64,000 bases of DNA from NCBI GenBank assembly GCA_905178155.1, contig CAJINV010000001.1, positions 14,219,265-14,283,264 on the forward strand, written 5' to 3'. The stretch comes from Amoebophrya sp. A120. Its lineage: Eukaryota; Protista; Dinoflagellata. The translations under genes and the position numbers were made by a program. The notes below the pieces were generated by a model. It worked only from the letters and a program-made list of their open reading frames with translations, was not told where the DNA came from and ran no database searches. Below, piece by piece: positions 10,763-21,700 of the stretch. Each line of letters starts with the position of its first letter. The stretch's first letter is position 1.

Positions 10763-13642
10763 TCATGCTTCTACTTTTGACGGCAGCGCGCCCTCCACAC
10801 CGTCGCACGACGCTTCGACAGTAGAAGATGCCCCTTTCAGCAGCGTTTTCCAGACGTTGCGCTTGGCAATTTCCTGTGCCTTGTTGCGGAGATAGACGCG
10901 GAAATGGAACAGCAGGTACCCCAACGCGGACAACAACACGACGCGGCGGCGCTGGTCGCGCGAGCGGGTGGCGAAGACAGCGAGAAAAGCAAAAAACGCG
11001 GCCGCTTTCTGGCCGTGGCCGGCAAAGTATGACAGTGTACAACCTGCTCCCCTCCCCGTTTTTATTTGCCACTGCCAGGCTGATGAGCAGCAGCAATAGA
11101 TGCAAGGCCACCACAGAGGCCTCCGCATGACAAACCCGCACACAGCTTGTCGTGCGTTTTTTTTGGTGTTCAAAAATTGTCATGGATGTTAACATGATGT
11201 TGATGCTTCAAGCAAGGCAAGAAGTGGATTTGTTGTTTTCCGTAACAAATGCGGGAAAGGGACAGGGAGAGTTCGTAGTTGTGCACTCGCATACAAAGTA
11301 CCGCTTGGTCAGCTCGGCGTCCGCCAACCGCTTCGTGATCTCGTATCAAACTAAAAGGCGCACAGACTCCAGAAACCTCAGTGAATGTTTCTACGTGCGA
11401 AGCAATCTTCTCTAGCTCTGTGGAGCCATTTGCCACCGTGCCTGCATACGTAACACAAGTTTTTGTTTTCGGGGACCAAAACCAATGCATAGCGAAGAAA
11501 ATAATGCCCTAACAACTATATAAACATGAAAGAGAAGAAGTCGAAGTTCAAGTTACTACTTCGCAATACAAACTACACTTAGAAATTCTTTCTAAGAGTG
11601 TTGCACTTTTCATTTGATATCTCGTCCTGCTGCTTCTTGCAGACCTCGCCCCAGACCTGCACCGCTACACGCTGGGACTCCCACTTCTCCTGAGAATGGT
11701 AAACAAACAGTGCATGAGTTTGAGAAGTCATGCTCATGAGTCATGTACACTGTTTCACTTGCCATTGCTAAGAAGAAACCAAACATGCAACGTGAAATAG
11801 TACTACACCAGTACTTCTTGAGATTAAAAATGTACTACTCAACTTCGGCAAAGATGACAGCTCGAACAGTACGTGAAGATCTCTTGTCACTACTATTCGT
11901 TATTGATACCTGCACAAAAACCCGGTTGCTTTCCCATTTCTCCTGCAGGTACTTCTTGACCACTTCCGCGCGACACTTTTCGCGCACCGTCCGATAGAAG
12001 GCCTCCACGTCCAATCGCTTGGAGAGCAACTTGCAAAACTGGTCGTGCATTCGCGTTACCCGGTTCTCTCGCGCCACCACGACTGCTGCGTAACTCTTCG
12101 CGACCGTCTGCGCCACCTGCGGGCTGTCACGGAACATCGCCATCCAGTTCCTGTTAGTTGTACGTGGCATATGGAAATAAGTTGTAGCCAGCAACTTCAA
12201 CAGGTTCAAAAATTAAATCAGAATCAGGATTGCTCTCGTACGCATGATACTGTTTGAGTTTGTGTCAAGAATCTGTTTCTGTATCTCCTTCGAAAAGCTG
12301 TAGACGGTTTGTTGCTTAAGGTTCATCGTCGACAAGAGCGAATTAAGCTATTCCCCCACCTAAATGTCGAATCCGCTGCTGCTCGTGGTTCCGAGACGCA
12401 TTCCTTTACGAACTTCTCGTGCGCATTGTCGACAACGGCGCTGGAGTATGAGAGGGCACAACCCTGCGCGCCGCTCATTTGGCATGCAAAATGCCAAAAC
12501 TTCCCCTTTGCCTTCTGGTTCTGGCGCTGTCTACTGCATGACAAATTTCGCAACGAGAAACGAGACAACTTCTGGTCTGTCGTGACAAGTTACTTGTCTA
12601 TCACGCACAGCCCCCACCTTCGCGGGTGCTTCTGTTGCTGCTCACCAGGCCTCTCAAGTGAGCGGGGGGGGCAGTCGTTGTGCACTCTGATATGGGAGGA
12701 GCTTCCGATGTGGCGAGGTAGGCACCGGTGACGGCGTCCACGTCCTCGGCAGTGTGCATCATCTCATCTGGCGATGAATTGTTTCCCGCCACAACTGGCG
12801 AAGTGGTCTGTTCCGCCTGCTGTACGTCGTTGTACGGGTGACTGGCCTATCAACTGTAAAAATGTCTGGGTCTGGAAGAATTCATGTTTGTCATGCTTGT
12901 CTGGCATGACTCTAAAATCTTCCATGCACGTTACCCAAGAGCTCCGTTTTTCTGTGATGCAGAGCTGCAGTTTGTCATGCAGAATAGGCAACACCTAGGA
13001 GCTCAGAAACTTGTCATGCTGAGCCAGTATTCGTAGCCTCATCATGAGACGCCACCCAGCATCACAAGTTTCCAGACCCAGACATTTTTACTTTTGATAT
13101 GGCCACATTTGGGTAGATCGGAACGAGTTTCTGGCTCTCCATTATAACGCGCTCAGCTGTTACAATCTCAAACGTTACAATAGAATATGGTGATCTGTGA
13201 TGCAAGAGTGCATGACCTAGCCTACTCCCACAGGATTGCGCATGACAAGTTCTGGAGGCCAAATCCGCACTAGAATCTGGCGAAATTTGTATTGCGAAAG
13301 GTGGAACGCTGTGCGAGTCTGTCATGCTCATCATGCAACACAAATTCCAGATTCTATTGTAACGTTTGAGATTGTAACACCTGAACAGGTTATATCCATG
13401 CGGTCTTGCTTCTTAGTGGCATCAAATTTCGCGTCGCTCACACCGCCAGCTGAATATACACCGAAACAAGTGGTGGACTCCGTCACAGGTGTCTCAACTG
13501 GCGTGACTAGGGGCGTGGAGGAATTAGAATCACTGTAGCCCTGCTCTTTGGAGGTAGTAGTTCCGGCGTGAGCTGCTGGCTTTGGGGCGCCTTTGCTGGA
13601 ACCCTTGTTGTTCCCTTTGTTGTTTCTCTTCACTTTTGCCAT
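10763..13642 (-). CDS. Uncharacterised multi-exon protein with C-terminal hydrophobic segments
   Basis: About eight exons join in frame from MAKVKRNNKG (ATG 13642) across four clear TIR elements, two GT-AG introns and one unresolved intron, ending AAAFFAFLAVF...VVLLSALGYLLF. No family recognised; the 3' end is uncertain. Confidence 0.65.
11028..11293. mobile_element. TIR introner-like element, family C (266 bp), direct repeat CAAAG
   Basis: CAAAG|TATGACAGTGTACAAC...GTTGTGCACTCGCATA|CAAAG. Removal gives AELTKRYFAGHGQK. Confidence 0.88.
11344..11619. mobile_element. TIR introner-like element (276 bp), direct repeat TCTCG
   Basis: TCTCG|TATCAAACTAAAAGGCGCA...TGCACTTTTCATTTGATA|TCTCG. Removal gives KKQQDEITKRLAD. 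Confidence 0.88.
12848..13099. mobile_element. TIR introner-like element, family A (252 bp), direct repeat TGGCC
   Basis: 30-bp TIR TATCAACTGTAAAAATGTCTGGGTCTGGAA...TTCCAGACCCAGACATTTTTACTTTTGATA, with ends close to those of 7032-7284. Removal gives YPNVASHPYND. Confidence 0.93.
13143..13394. mobile_element. TIR introner-like element (252 bp), direct repeat TCCAT
   Basis: About 45-bp TIR with a perfect 29-bp core TGTTACAATCTCAAACGTTACAATAGAAT. Removal gives KKQDRMESQKLVP. Confidence 0.94.
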
Positions 13643-14277
13643 TTTGGATCAGGCTTGCTCGTACAAGTCTGCTTAGTGTCTCCGTGTACGTGGCACTTTC
13701 ACTTATTTTATTGCCCTTGCGATAATAAAAGAACTTCGATGTACTGACGTTCTGGAGATGGCACTGGCAGTCCGTAGGACTTATTGCAATTGGATGCAGA
13801 GTTGCTACAACGACCGCAGTTATTCGTCTTCGTCTTCCCCGCCCGAGTTTGTACTTCTGTTTCTGTAAGTATCTGTATCTATGAGGAATGGTTACTTTCA
13901 TCTAGTGAGGAAGAGGAAGCAGATCAGCGGCCACGACATCGATGATCTTACAGACCCCATGCTGACGACTACTTGGATCAGACACTTCTTCCGCGGATGT
14001 TCTAGTACCCCCGCTGGCTTTGTTTCGAAACGCGGCCGGTTGATGAACTTGCTTATTCTCCACAACTACGCACGAGTAGCCCCGACGACAATCAAACAGA
14101 CCGAAGATGACATAATTAAGAAACGCACCCACGGTAATGATCTTTATCGTTGTCTTTCTTTTGACCGAGAAAACGGCACGAACCTGTGGACGAACTGCCC
14201 AAGGCCAAGGGATCAATCATTACTCGTGGCGAGATTTGTTTCGCAGTTGGAAGTTGTAAAAGCACGCCCGTGTAATT

Positions 14278-16188
14278 TTACTTTTCATTTGTCTCAACTT
14301 TATTTGTCGTTCTTGCGGACGCGGCATTTTCTTTCTCAAACATATCCCGATCCACGTCAATAATCCATATCCTGGGCCTCGCAAGAAACATATTCGCGGC
14401 ATTAATTTTCAAACAACTTATATCATCACCGATTTTCACTAGACTACATCCGCGCTTATGATGTCGATGGCCAACGAGGTGGATTTTTGGTTTAGTTCTC
14501 GATAGAAATTTGTTGAACTTTCCCCCAAGATTCCAGCAATGGGTCATGAGGATGTCAACGTTCTCGTTACGTGAGTCAGATCTTGTTCCGTGTGCCCCCA
14601 CACTACCCGGTATACTGGGCGCAGCCTCGATTCCTGCTGTTGTACTATCCTGCTCGTCCTTTTTATTTAGAAACTCATTCTCATTCCAGCTTTCTGGGTC
14701 TTGGCCCACCCGATTGAAACTGGTTCCCAGATTCGCTTCTGCGCCGTAGATTTCGACGATGGTCGCCGGCTTGGCGCCGGAGGCGTTTCGTAGTGGTGCC
14801 TGCCGTTCTTGACCGTGCACCGGAACCGAAGTGGAGACAAAAGACAACAACGGAAGAAACTGGAGATGCTCGTCGCTTTTGCCAAAACTGTCGGATTGGG
14901 ATTGTCTCGTTTTCTGCTTGCCGGCGCCCGTCAGCTGCGTCGCTAGAACATCGTCGTGATTTCCACCAATGTATCATGTGCAAAACAAGTATCGTACTCG
15001 TACCGTAGTAATCGCAGTCATGCATTACAAATTTCTCTCTCAAGAAAGTCAAATCCGCATTACAAATTTCATTTCTCACGCTGAGGGAATTTGTAATGCG
15101 TTTATACGAGTACGTCGATACTTTTGCACAGGATATAATGGCGAACTTGTACCCGACCGGGAGGCTAAACCACCATTCCTGGAGTGCCGTGGCTTTTTCC
15201 TCACAAATTCTCGCTTGCAGCTCGTCGCTGCCATCCGCGTAGAGCCTCGAGTCGTAGAAGAAATCGCCACAATGCAGGAGGAGATCGATGTCTTTGTCCT
15301 GCGGAATCTCCGGAAAGTGTTCATGCGTGTCGGATACCACACAGATACGGACTTTCCCCTGCTGTTTTGGTCCCAGAAAATGCACCGACCGAAGGTGACG
15401 CGGGTAGATTGGAAGCGACTCTAGATTTTTCTGTTGACCGCCGCCATGTGCACTTTCCACATCTTGGCCTAGCGGGAGATCAGTACCTGGGAACGAGCCA
15501 ACGGGTGCGGTGCTGTGCGACAGAAAGTACGTGAGCCAACTTTCAAGCTGCGCTTGCAGAAAGAGCTTTACTGAATGCTTGAAAGAAGTGTAGTTGGTGG
15601 TGAGGCCGCTAAACGAGCAATTGTTGTTCGTGGGATCGTCCTTTGTTCCGGATGCTGGTGCAGTCGCAGTGAGTGAAAAGTCGACGTAATCAACTTCCGT
15701 TCGGCACCAGGCGCCGAAAGTCAAGCGTTGCAATTTGAACCAAGCGGGTCGGATATACTCCAGATACTGATGAAGTCCGAGTTGCCGCAAACAGAATGGC
15801 TGCGATAAATCGAGAAGGCGGTTGTCGAGCCTGTGATACAATCATAGATTTTTGACCATATGGTCGAAGACCAAGTTGACACAAAACGGTGCTGCCAGCA
15901 GCATTAGTACAGCAACGGTCAATACGGTGTATGATATGACCTTTCCGTGATCTTTTTAGCAAGGAAGCTCTTTTACTTGTTCTCGAGGATGAAGAAAAAG
16001 CAAACAAACAAAGGATGTTACAGAAACGGCACGACGCTGTGACAGAGATGGTAGAACGGAAATGCAACAGGATTGTAAGGACTAAAGACGGCATAGTGCC
16101 ACCAGAACTGCCACGATCGCAAGTCCGGCGCGCCCGCGGGAAAACCGACTAACCACCTCCAGAAACCATCTTCGATCGGAGACCTCAT
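14278..16188 (-). CDS. Calcineurin-like metallophosphoesterase (MPPED1/2-like), 3 exons
   Basis: Motifs VVSDTH, LHCGDF, GNHD, ILMTH, GHRH and INAA occur in order. GNHD comes into frame only after removing element 14972-15135. A GT-AG intron near 15833-16020 joins an N-terminal exon. Confidence 0.88.
14972..15135. mobile_element. TIR introner-like element, family B (164 bp), repeat CAATG/TAATG
   Basis: Left TATCATGTGCAAAA versus right reverse complement TATCCTGTGCAAAA. Removal restores FAI(G/S)GNHD. Confidence 0.9.
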
Positions 16189-16814
16189 TTGTCCGCAGCA
16201 GAGCTTCGTGAGAAACAAAGAACCGATTCTTTTTTTTCATATAGCTGGCCTAGATGACCTTCTTCTTGACAACTTTAACGCTGACCTCTACATTGTGTCT
16301 GGCCCCGAATTGCTCTTTACGTCGTATTATACACATATCGATCAAAAGTGAATGTAGTGGTTGTGAAGGGATGGGATCGCGATGAAGATCGTCGCTCTGA
16401 TTACAGGCGACACGAAGTACTTAGATATCAGATGCCGATGCGTGAACCGAAGATGAAAAAACAACAAACTCGATATATTGTGCAGCGTGAGCAAATGCAA
16501 AGCAATTTCAACGGCAATCATGAATTAACAAGCTGCATCAGCAATGTGAGTATCAAGTTTTTGTGACGCCATGAACATTGGGATTGGCCTTTCTTCAAGT
16601 TTCATGTGGCACAACAAAGTACTCCTCCTGGGTCTTCCACGACCTAGCTTTGTTTCTACTTTCTTATATGTCGCTGCACCTGCAGGAACACTGTCACGGT
16701 CGGTTGCTTGTGGTCTTTGTTGCCTCGAAACGTTCTTTCGCTCGTGAAATCGATGAGGCCAAAATTGTTGATCAGGAGGGGAGGGAGCTATAGAGATCAT
16801 CTTCCAGTTTTTTG

Positions 16815-17957
16815 TTACACTTGATTTCCCATCTGCGACGTGCCACCTCCGCCCCCGCTGTCGCTGTTTCCAAAAACAGGTCGGTCATCTGCGAACTCGA
16901 CGTAGCTGCTCGCGGAGCTAGATTCGAGGTGCTGTTTATACTTGTTCATTGCGAAGTAGCTTCCCGCGCCCACGAGCACTAGCATGAATGTGACCGTCCA
17001 GTAAGAGTCTGAGAACAACACATAAGCCACGGCGTCGATAAACAGTAGCGCGCAGAGAAAGTAGAGAAAATACTGTCGAAGCATCATTTTTTGCTGCAGC
17101 TGCCTCGAAGATTGGCTAAACTGGCCGGCAGTGCTGTTGAGAGTTGCGGACTTGTTGTCCAGGCCCCGCCACTATCCGGGCCAAACATGCCGGGCGTGTT
17201 TGGAAAGTTTATTAGACTTCTCATTGTACTACACCTGCTCTCGCATACTTCATCAATTCCCTGTGATGCGTGTTCCGGAACACCACCACCAGCGCTGCAT
17301 CTTTATGCTGCACAGACGAGACCACTTATCATGCGGGTTATGCACTACAGAACCGATGAAAAGCTTTCCATGCGTAGCTACATGCTGTCACTGCAGTCAG
17401 GTGAAGGAGAACGTATAGTACTCCTACTCGCTCATGTGTAAGCATCACAACACTTTCCAGACACAGACATGTTTGCAATTGGTAGCAACTGGCCATCGCG
17501 GGCTACCATCTGCTGCTATCCCGAGTAAAAACGTCCGCGCCCCCCAAACAATTTGCCATGCAAATCTGTATGCCAAAGCCGAAATTGTGTATCTGCGTAC
17601 ACTTATTCATTGCGTCTCATCATGCGCAACTCCATGCTCGAATCACATATCTAAATCAGGATGCCAAAAATCGACCTGTGAAGCGACTGCACTAGAGACC
17701 CAACGCTGTCATGCACCTGTTTGCGTTTAAGTTTATTGAGTTTGTGTAGCAAATCTGCGATCTCAATTCTGGGGACGAGGGGACGTCGTGTTTGCGCAGG
17801 ATAGCTGCATAGACTGCTTTAGTGTATCCGTCGCCGTTTGCACCTGGCCGCGAGTCTGCTCCAAAGAGACCATCCTCGAAGGACCGCTGCTGGTATTTAG
17901 ATCGTCGGCGGTGCTGCCGATGCTACTTCCGCCCGGTGCCGTTGACGATGCCGACAT
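16815..17957 (-). CDS. R-SNARE, synaptobrevin/VAMP family, 3 exons
   Basis: Spliced sequence LEQTRGQVQTATDTLKQSMQQMVARDGQLRGLDNKSATLNSTAGQFSQSSRQLQQKM fits the synaptobrevin coil with its zero-layer Arg, and is followed by hydrophobic membrane segments. Confidence 0.88.
17173..17484. mobile_element. Degenerate TIR element, family A (312 bp), repeat GCCAC/GCAAC
   Basis: Right end AGCATCACAACACTTTCCAGACACAGACATGTTTGCAATTGGTA matches family A but ends GTA. Left end is TATCCGGGCCAAACATG..GTGTTTGGAAAGT. It lies inside the SNARE motif. Confidence 0.82.
17517..17803. mobile_element. TIR introner-like element (287 bp), direct repeat GCTGC
   Basis: GCTGC|TATCCCGAGTAAAAACGTCC...GGACGTCGTGTTTGCGCAGGATA|GCTGC. 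Removal gives KQSMQQMVARDG. Confidence 0.85.
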
Positions 17958-18711
17958 CTTGCAATTGTACTTTTAATGTTGTAGATGTACCCAGCTGGGG
18001 TCCGTATCCTTGCAATTGTTTCTCTTTTTTTGTCTTCGTTTTTTGTTTTTCAAATCCGAAAACGAGCAGGTCTCGGTAGACGGGAACAGCCTGTGCTATA
18101 TCTACCTTTACGACTTTTGCTTGCACGACCTGGTTTCCCTTGGGCCGCAAAAACTTTTTCTAACTTTGTTGTATACTATTGAGAGAAAATAAGGTTAAGG
18201 CTTCAGTGTACCATGGCGGGTAGAAATTTGCCGCTCCTTTGATGAAGCAGGGGCTGGTAATTTCTCGGGAGGAAAACAGTCACAAAATGGTCCTGGCTGA
18301 AGAACAATTCCTTTTCCTGTGCTTCATCAAACGAAAGCAGAGGGAGTCGCTCGTGTGTGTGCCCATGAGGTGGAAAACCTCCTCGGGCAAAAAATTCATT
18401 CACTTTCTAGTCATCTTCTCTTCGAAACCTTTCGTGTAAAATCAAAATAGGTCCTGCTCATCCAACTGGTGAGTGCCCTCTGTCTTCTACTCGACAATGA
18501 ATCGTACAGGAATACGAATAATGCTATCCTCGGAATGATGTTGATGAGCCTCGGTGCTGAGGCTGACGAACCGACATCAGATCTTTTCAGTACAAAGCTA
18601 TCAGCCTAATTGTAGTTGCGTTCATCCTCTTGCGCTTGCCTCATCTACTTACTGCACTAGGACGATTAGCAAGCTAGCAATCCTATTCATAAACCGCCTT
18701 GACCTACACGA

Positions 18712-21700
18712 CTAGAAGACGAATTCACTCAAGTCCACGAGTCCATCTTCATCTCGCGGCATGCCTGTCGCTGCGTCGATCGGCGAACCTGTCGTGGCCT
18801 CCCCGCTCTCTACATCAAGTTGCCTCCCCGGGAGGTGACCGCCAGCACGCAGCTGTTGTAGCTTCATCATGGACCGGCTCTTTGCCCGCAAAGTTCTTGA
18901 CGCGGCCAGCCACCCTGCGTAGCTGAAGGTTTTCACATACGCCGTACCCATCTGGAGGAACTTTTGGATCGCCGTTCCGCTCGCGAAGAAAGCCGCCGGG
19001 AACTGGCCGCGACGATACAGTTCCTGGCCGAGGAGGAGCCAGGGTTCCGCGAGAAAGGGATTCAGGTCGATAACCTGAAGTAGCTTGTTTTCGTAGGCTG
19101 AAGATGTTTCCGATTCGACGCCGGATGGTGCTTCATCTTTCCGAAGACGTTTAATAGCAGACAACACTTGATGTGTGTGAGGTCCCCTTGAAGATCCTCG
19201 TGTCTGCATGGCTCCTGGTGCCGCCCCTCCAAGCGAAATCCCGCCGATCGAGTGAGCATCGACCCGGCTCTCTTCGTCTTTCTCGAGCTGCAGCAGCTCC
19301 CAGAGTAGGTCACGAGCCGCTTTTTCGCGCACCTCGGTCAGGTCGATCGATAGTGTGCAATGGCCGAAAACTGGAGGTAATGCCAGATTTTGCAGCGCTC
19401 GAGCAGGAATCCCTGCTGCAATCTTCTCTCCGCGATCCAAATCGCCGTACTTGCGCAACACGTGTGCCATTCGTGCCTGCGGAAACAGGTGAATCGGGGG
19501 CTTCGACGCCCCAGGCCAACGACCTTCGGACGAATCGAACTCGCGCAACCAATCGCACCAGCCACATCGGTCGTTCGCCTGATCCAAGGTGTCCGCCATG
19601 GCAATAATGATCAGGGACACAATATCTGTTCGCCGCACGAGGTAGTACTTTTTGTATTTCTCACGCGCGGCCCTATTTCGATTTTCCTCTGCGTCCTGCT
19701 CTCCTGTATTGCGTTTCGCTTCGCTGTGGTCTACGACATCACCAGAGTCGGATTTGGAGCTTCGCAAAACGCCTCTCCATCCCTTCACGTATAGCAGTGT
19801 CGTGTCCAGAAATCCGCGGGTCCCGGAGGCGTGGACTTCTTCCAGAAGTACCTTGAAATCAATAACCGAGTACAAGAAAATCAGTCGCTCGGCTGTTTCG
19901 CCCACTATGCCGGCAACTAGTTTGCGCAACCGCAGGGAAACGGCGGAAACGCCGCTGACAGCATGGCACGCGAGTGAAGCGTCAGGGATTAGGTCTTCGG
20001 GGAAAAGATTCGATGTTTCCTTGTCGCCGGAGGGGAGAGTGCTGCCTCGTTCCGGCCTGCAAAATTTCCTTTCTTGGGCAGCGTTTGTTTCAGTGAAAAA
20101 ATCGGACTCGTCGTCATTGTCAGCCGATCCCGAGGCAGAGACTTTTATCTGATCGCTCTTGTCTGCATCCTCTCCTCCGAGTAGAGAAGCCGAAGATAAG
20201 ATCTTGAACTTGAACTGTCCCCCGGCTCCGTACACAGAGTGCAGCGCGCCAGCATTGCAGAGATACTGGGGCTGCTTCCACAGCTTGAGCGCTGTGTAGG
20301 TGCCCTCCAGATGTCGTCGCATCACGTCCCGGTTGTGTCCCAGTCGTAGCGCCGGGCTTTTCTGCAAAAAGTACGCTAACTTTGGGGGCAGCCTCGCGGT
20401 ATTTTCCGACAAAATTTGATTCAGAACTGAATTTTGGTCGGATGTCATTGCGTCAAGGGCCGAGTCTCGGGCGAGAAATATTCGGGTCGCGGTACTAGAA
20501 GAAGATGAGGCAGCTTCATCATCCAACGTGGAGGCGGGGCCGTGATCTTCAGACGGGTTCGTGCCGGAGGATAACGGTCGAGGTCCTGCAGCTCCAGTAG
20601 GAGCAACTTTTTGTGTTTCTTTCCAGGTCTCGCTTGCGGCCCATGCCGTGAAGGCGTCGTCCGTTGTGTTTTCTTGAATTTTCCGCTCCAATGCGCTCAA
20701 CCACGAGTCCGCAGTCGCAGTATTGTCGTGTGGAGGCCCCCCTGTTGGTAGTGCCACGGAATCTTCTACGTACGTTGAAACATCCTGCCGAGCGGAGGGC
20801 CCCTTCCCGCTGCCCGAGGCATCATCATCATCTTCATCATCAAATTTTTGAACTTGAAGTAGAGCTTTCAAAAAGTCCACGTCTGCTGATTCCTCACGGG
20901 CCTGCGCCAGCGCCTTCCGCAGTGGATGGTCGTGTTCAGAATGTTCTAGAAACACCCGCAATCGCTGCTTCGCCCATATTGGCTGCACCACCTCTTCGCC
21001 GGGCACCAAGTTGCTCTCCCACAAAACAACCAGAGCGTCGAGGATACGAAACGCGAAGTCCCATTTTTTCGACGACGAAGCTGACGCGGGTCCATCTTCT
21101 CTCGTACCTGCAGGTGGAGCTGGCAGTTGTGCATTTTCCAGAATTCGCTCGCGGTTTGTCGACTGGGGAATGACCGCCACGTTTTTGTAGTGAACGGAGA
21201 AGCAATGCAGGAGCTGCGAGGCAGTGACCGACAACTCTTCCGCCAACCTGCGCACCAGCGGATCTCCCAGGGGGCCCCAATAGTGGCCGAGGTCCTCATT
21301 GGCAAAAAGTTGGGAGTATCCAACGAAACTGGCTTGTAGGGAGTGCTGCGCAAACTTCAAAAAATCACGCTCGAGATCCACGTGGGTTTGCCCCGGATGG
21401 TACACCGAAAACTTGTTTTGAATCACGGACACTGGCACGATGCCGGGGAGCGCTTCTTGCTGGGCCGACGAGGCTGCTGCATTTGTACTATCCGTGTTGC
21501 GGTCACCAGAAGCTTCATTGGCACTTGTTTTGGTCCCAGTGTCCCTGCTCCTGGCGTCTCGAAACAGGTGCGTATCGCGTTTTAACATGAGCTTGCGGTT
21601 TTTGTCCAGAAATTCGAGCTCGCTAAATCCGAAATTCGAGACTCCGAGTGCGCGTACCGTCTTGTCCTCCCGAACCAGCTCCTCTAGCCCTGACCAGGCA

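Noticed and set aside
13638-13653. GCCATTTTGGATCAGG resembles the dinoflagellate spliced leader (..GCCATTTTGGCTCAAG)
   Set aside because: It is antisense to the gene, overlaps its start codon and is a short imperfect match; likely chance.
7032-17484. Dispersed 30-bp repeats as a CRISPR array
   Set aside because: They are inverted pairs far apart in a eukaryotic context, with no regular spacers or cas genes.
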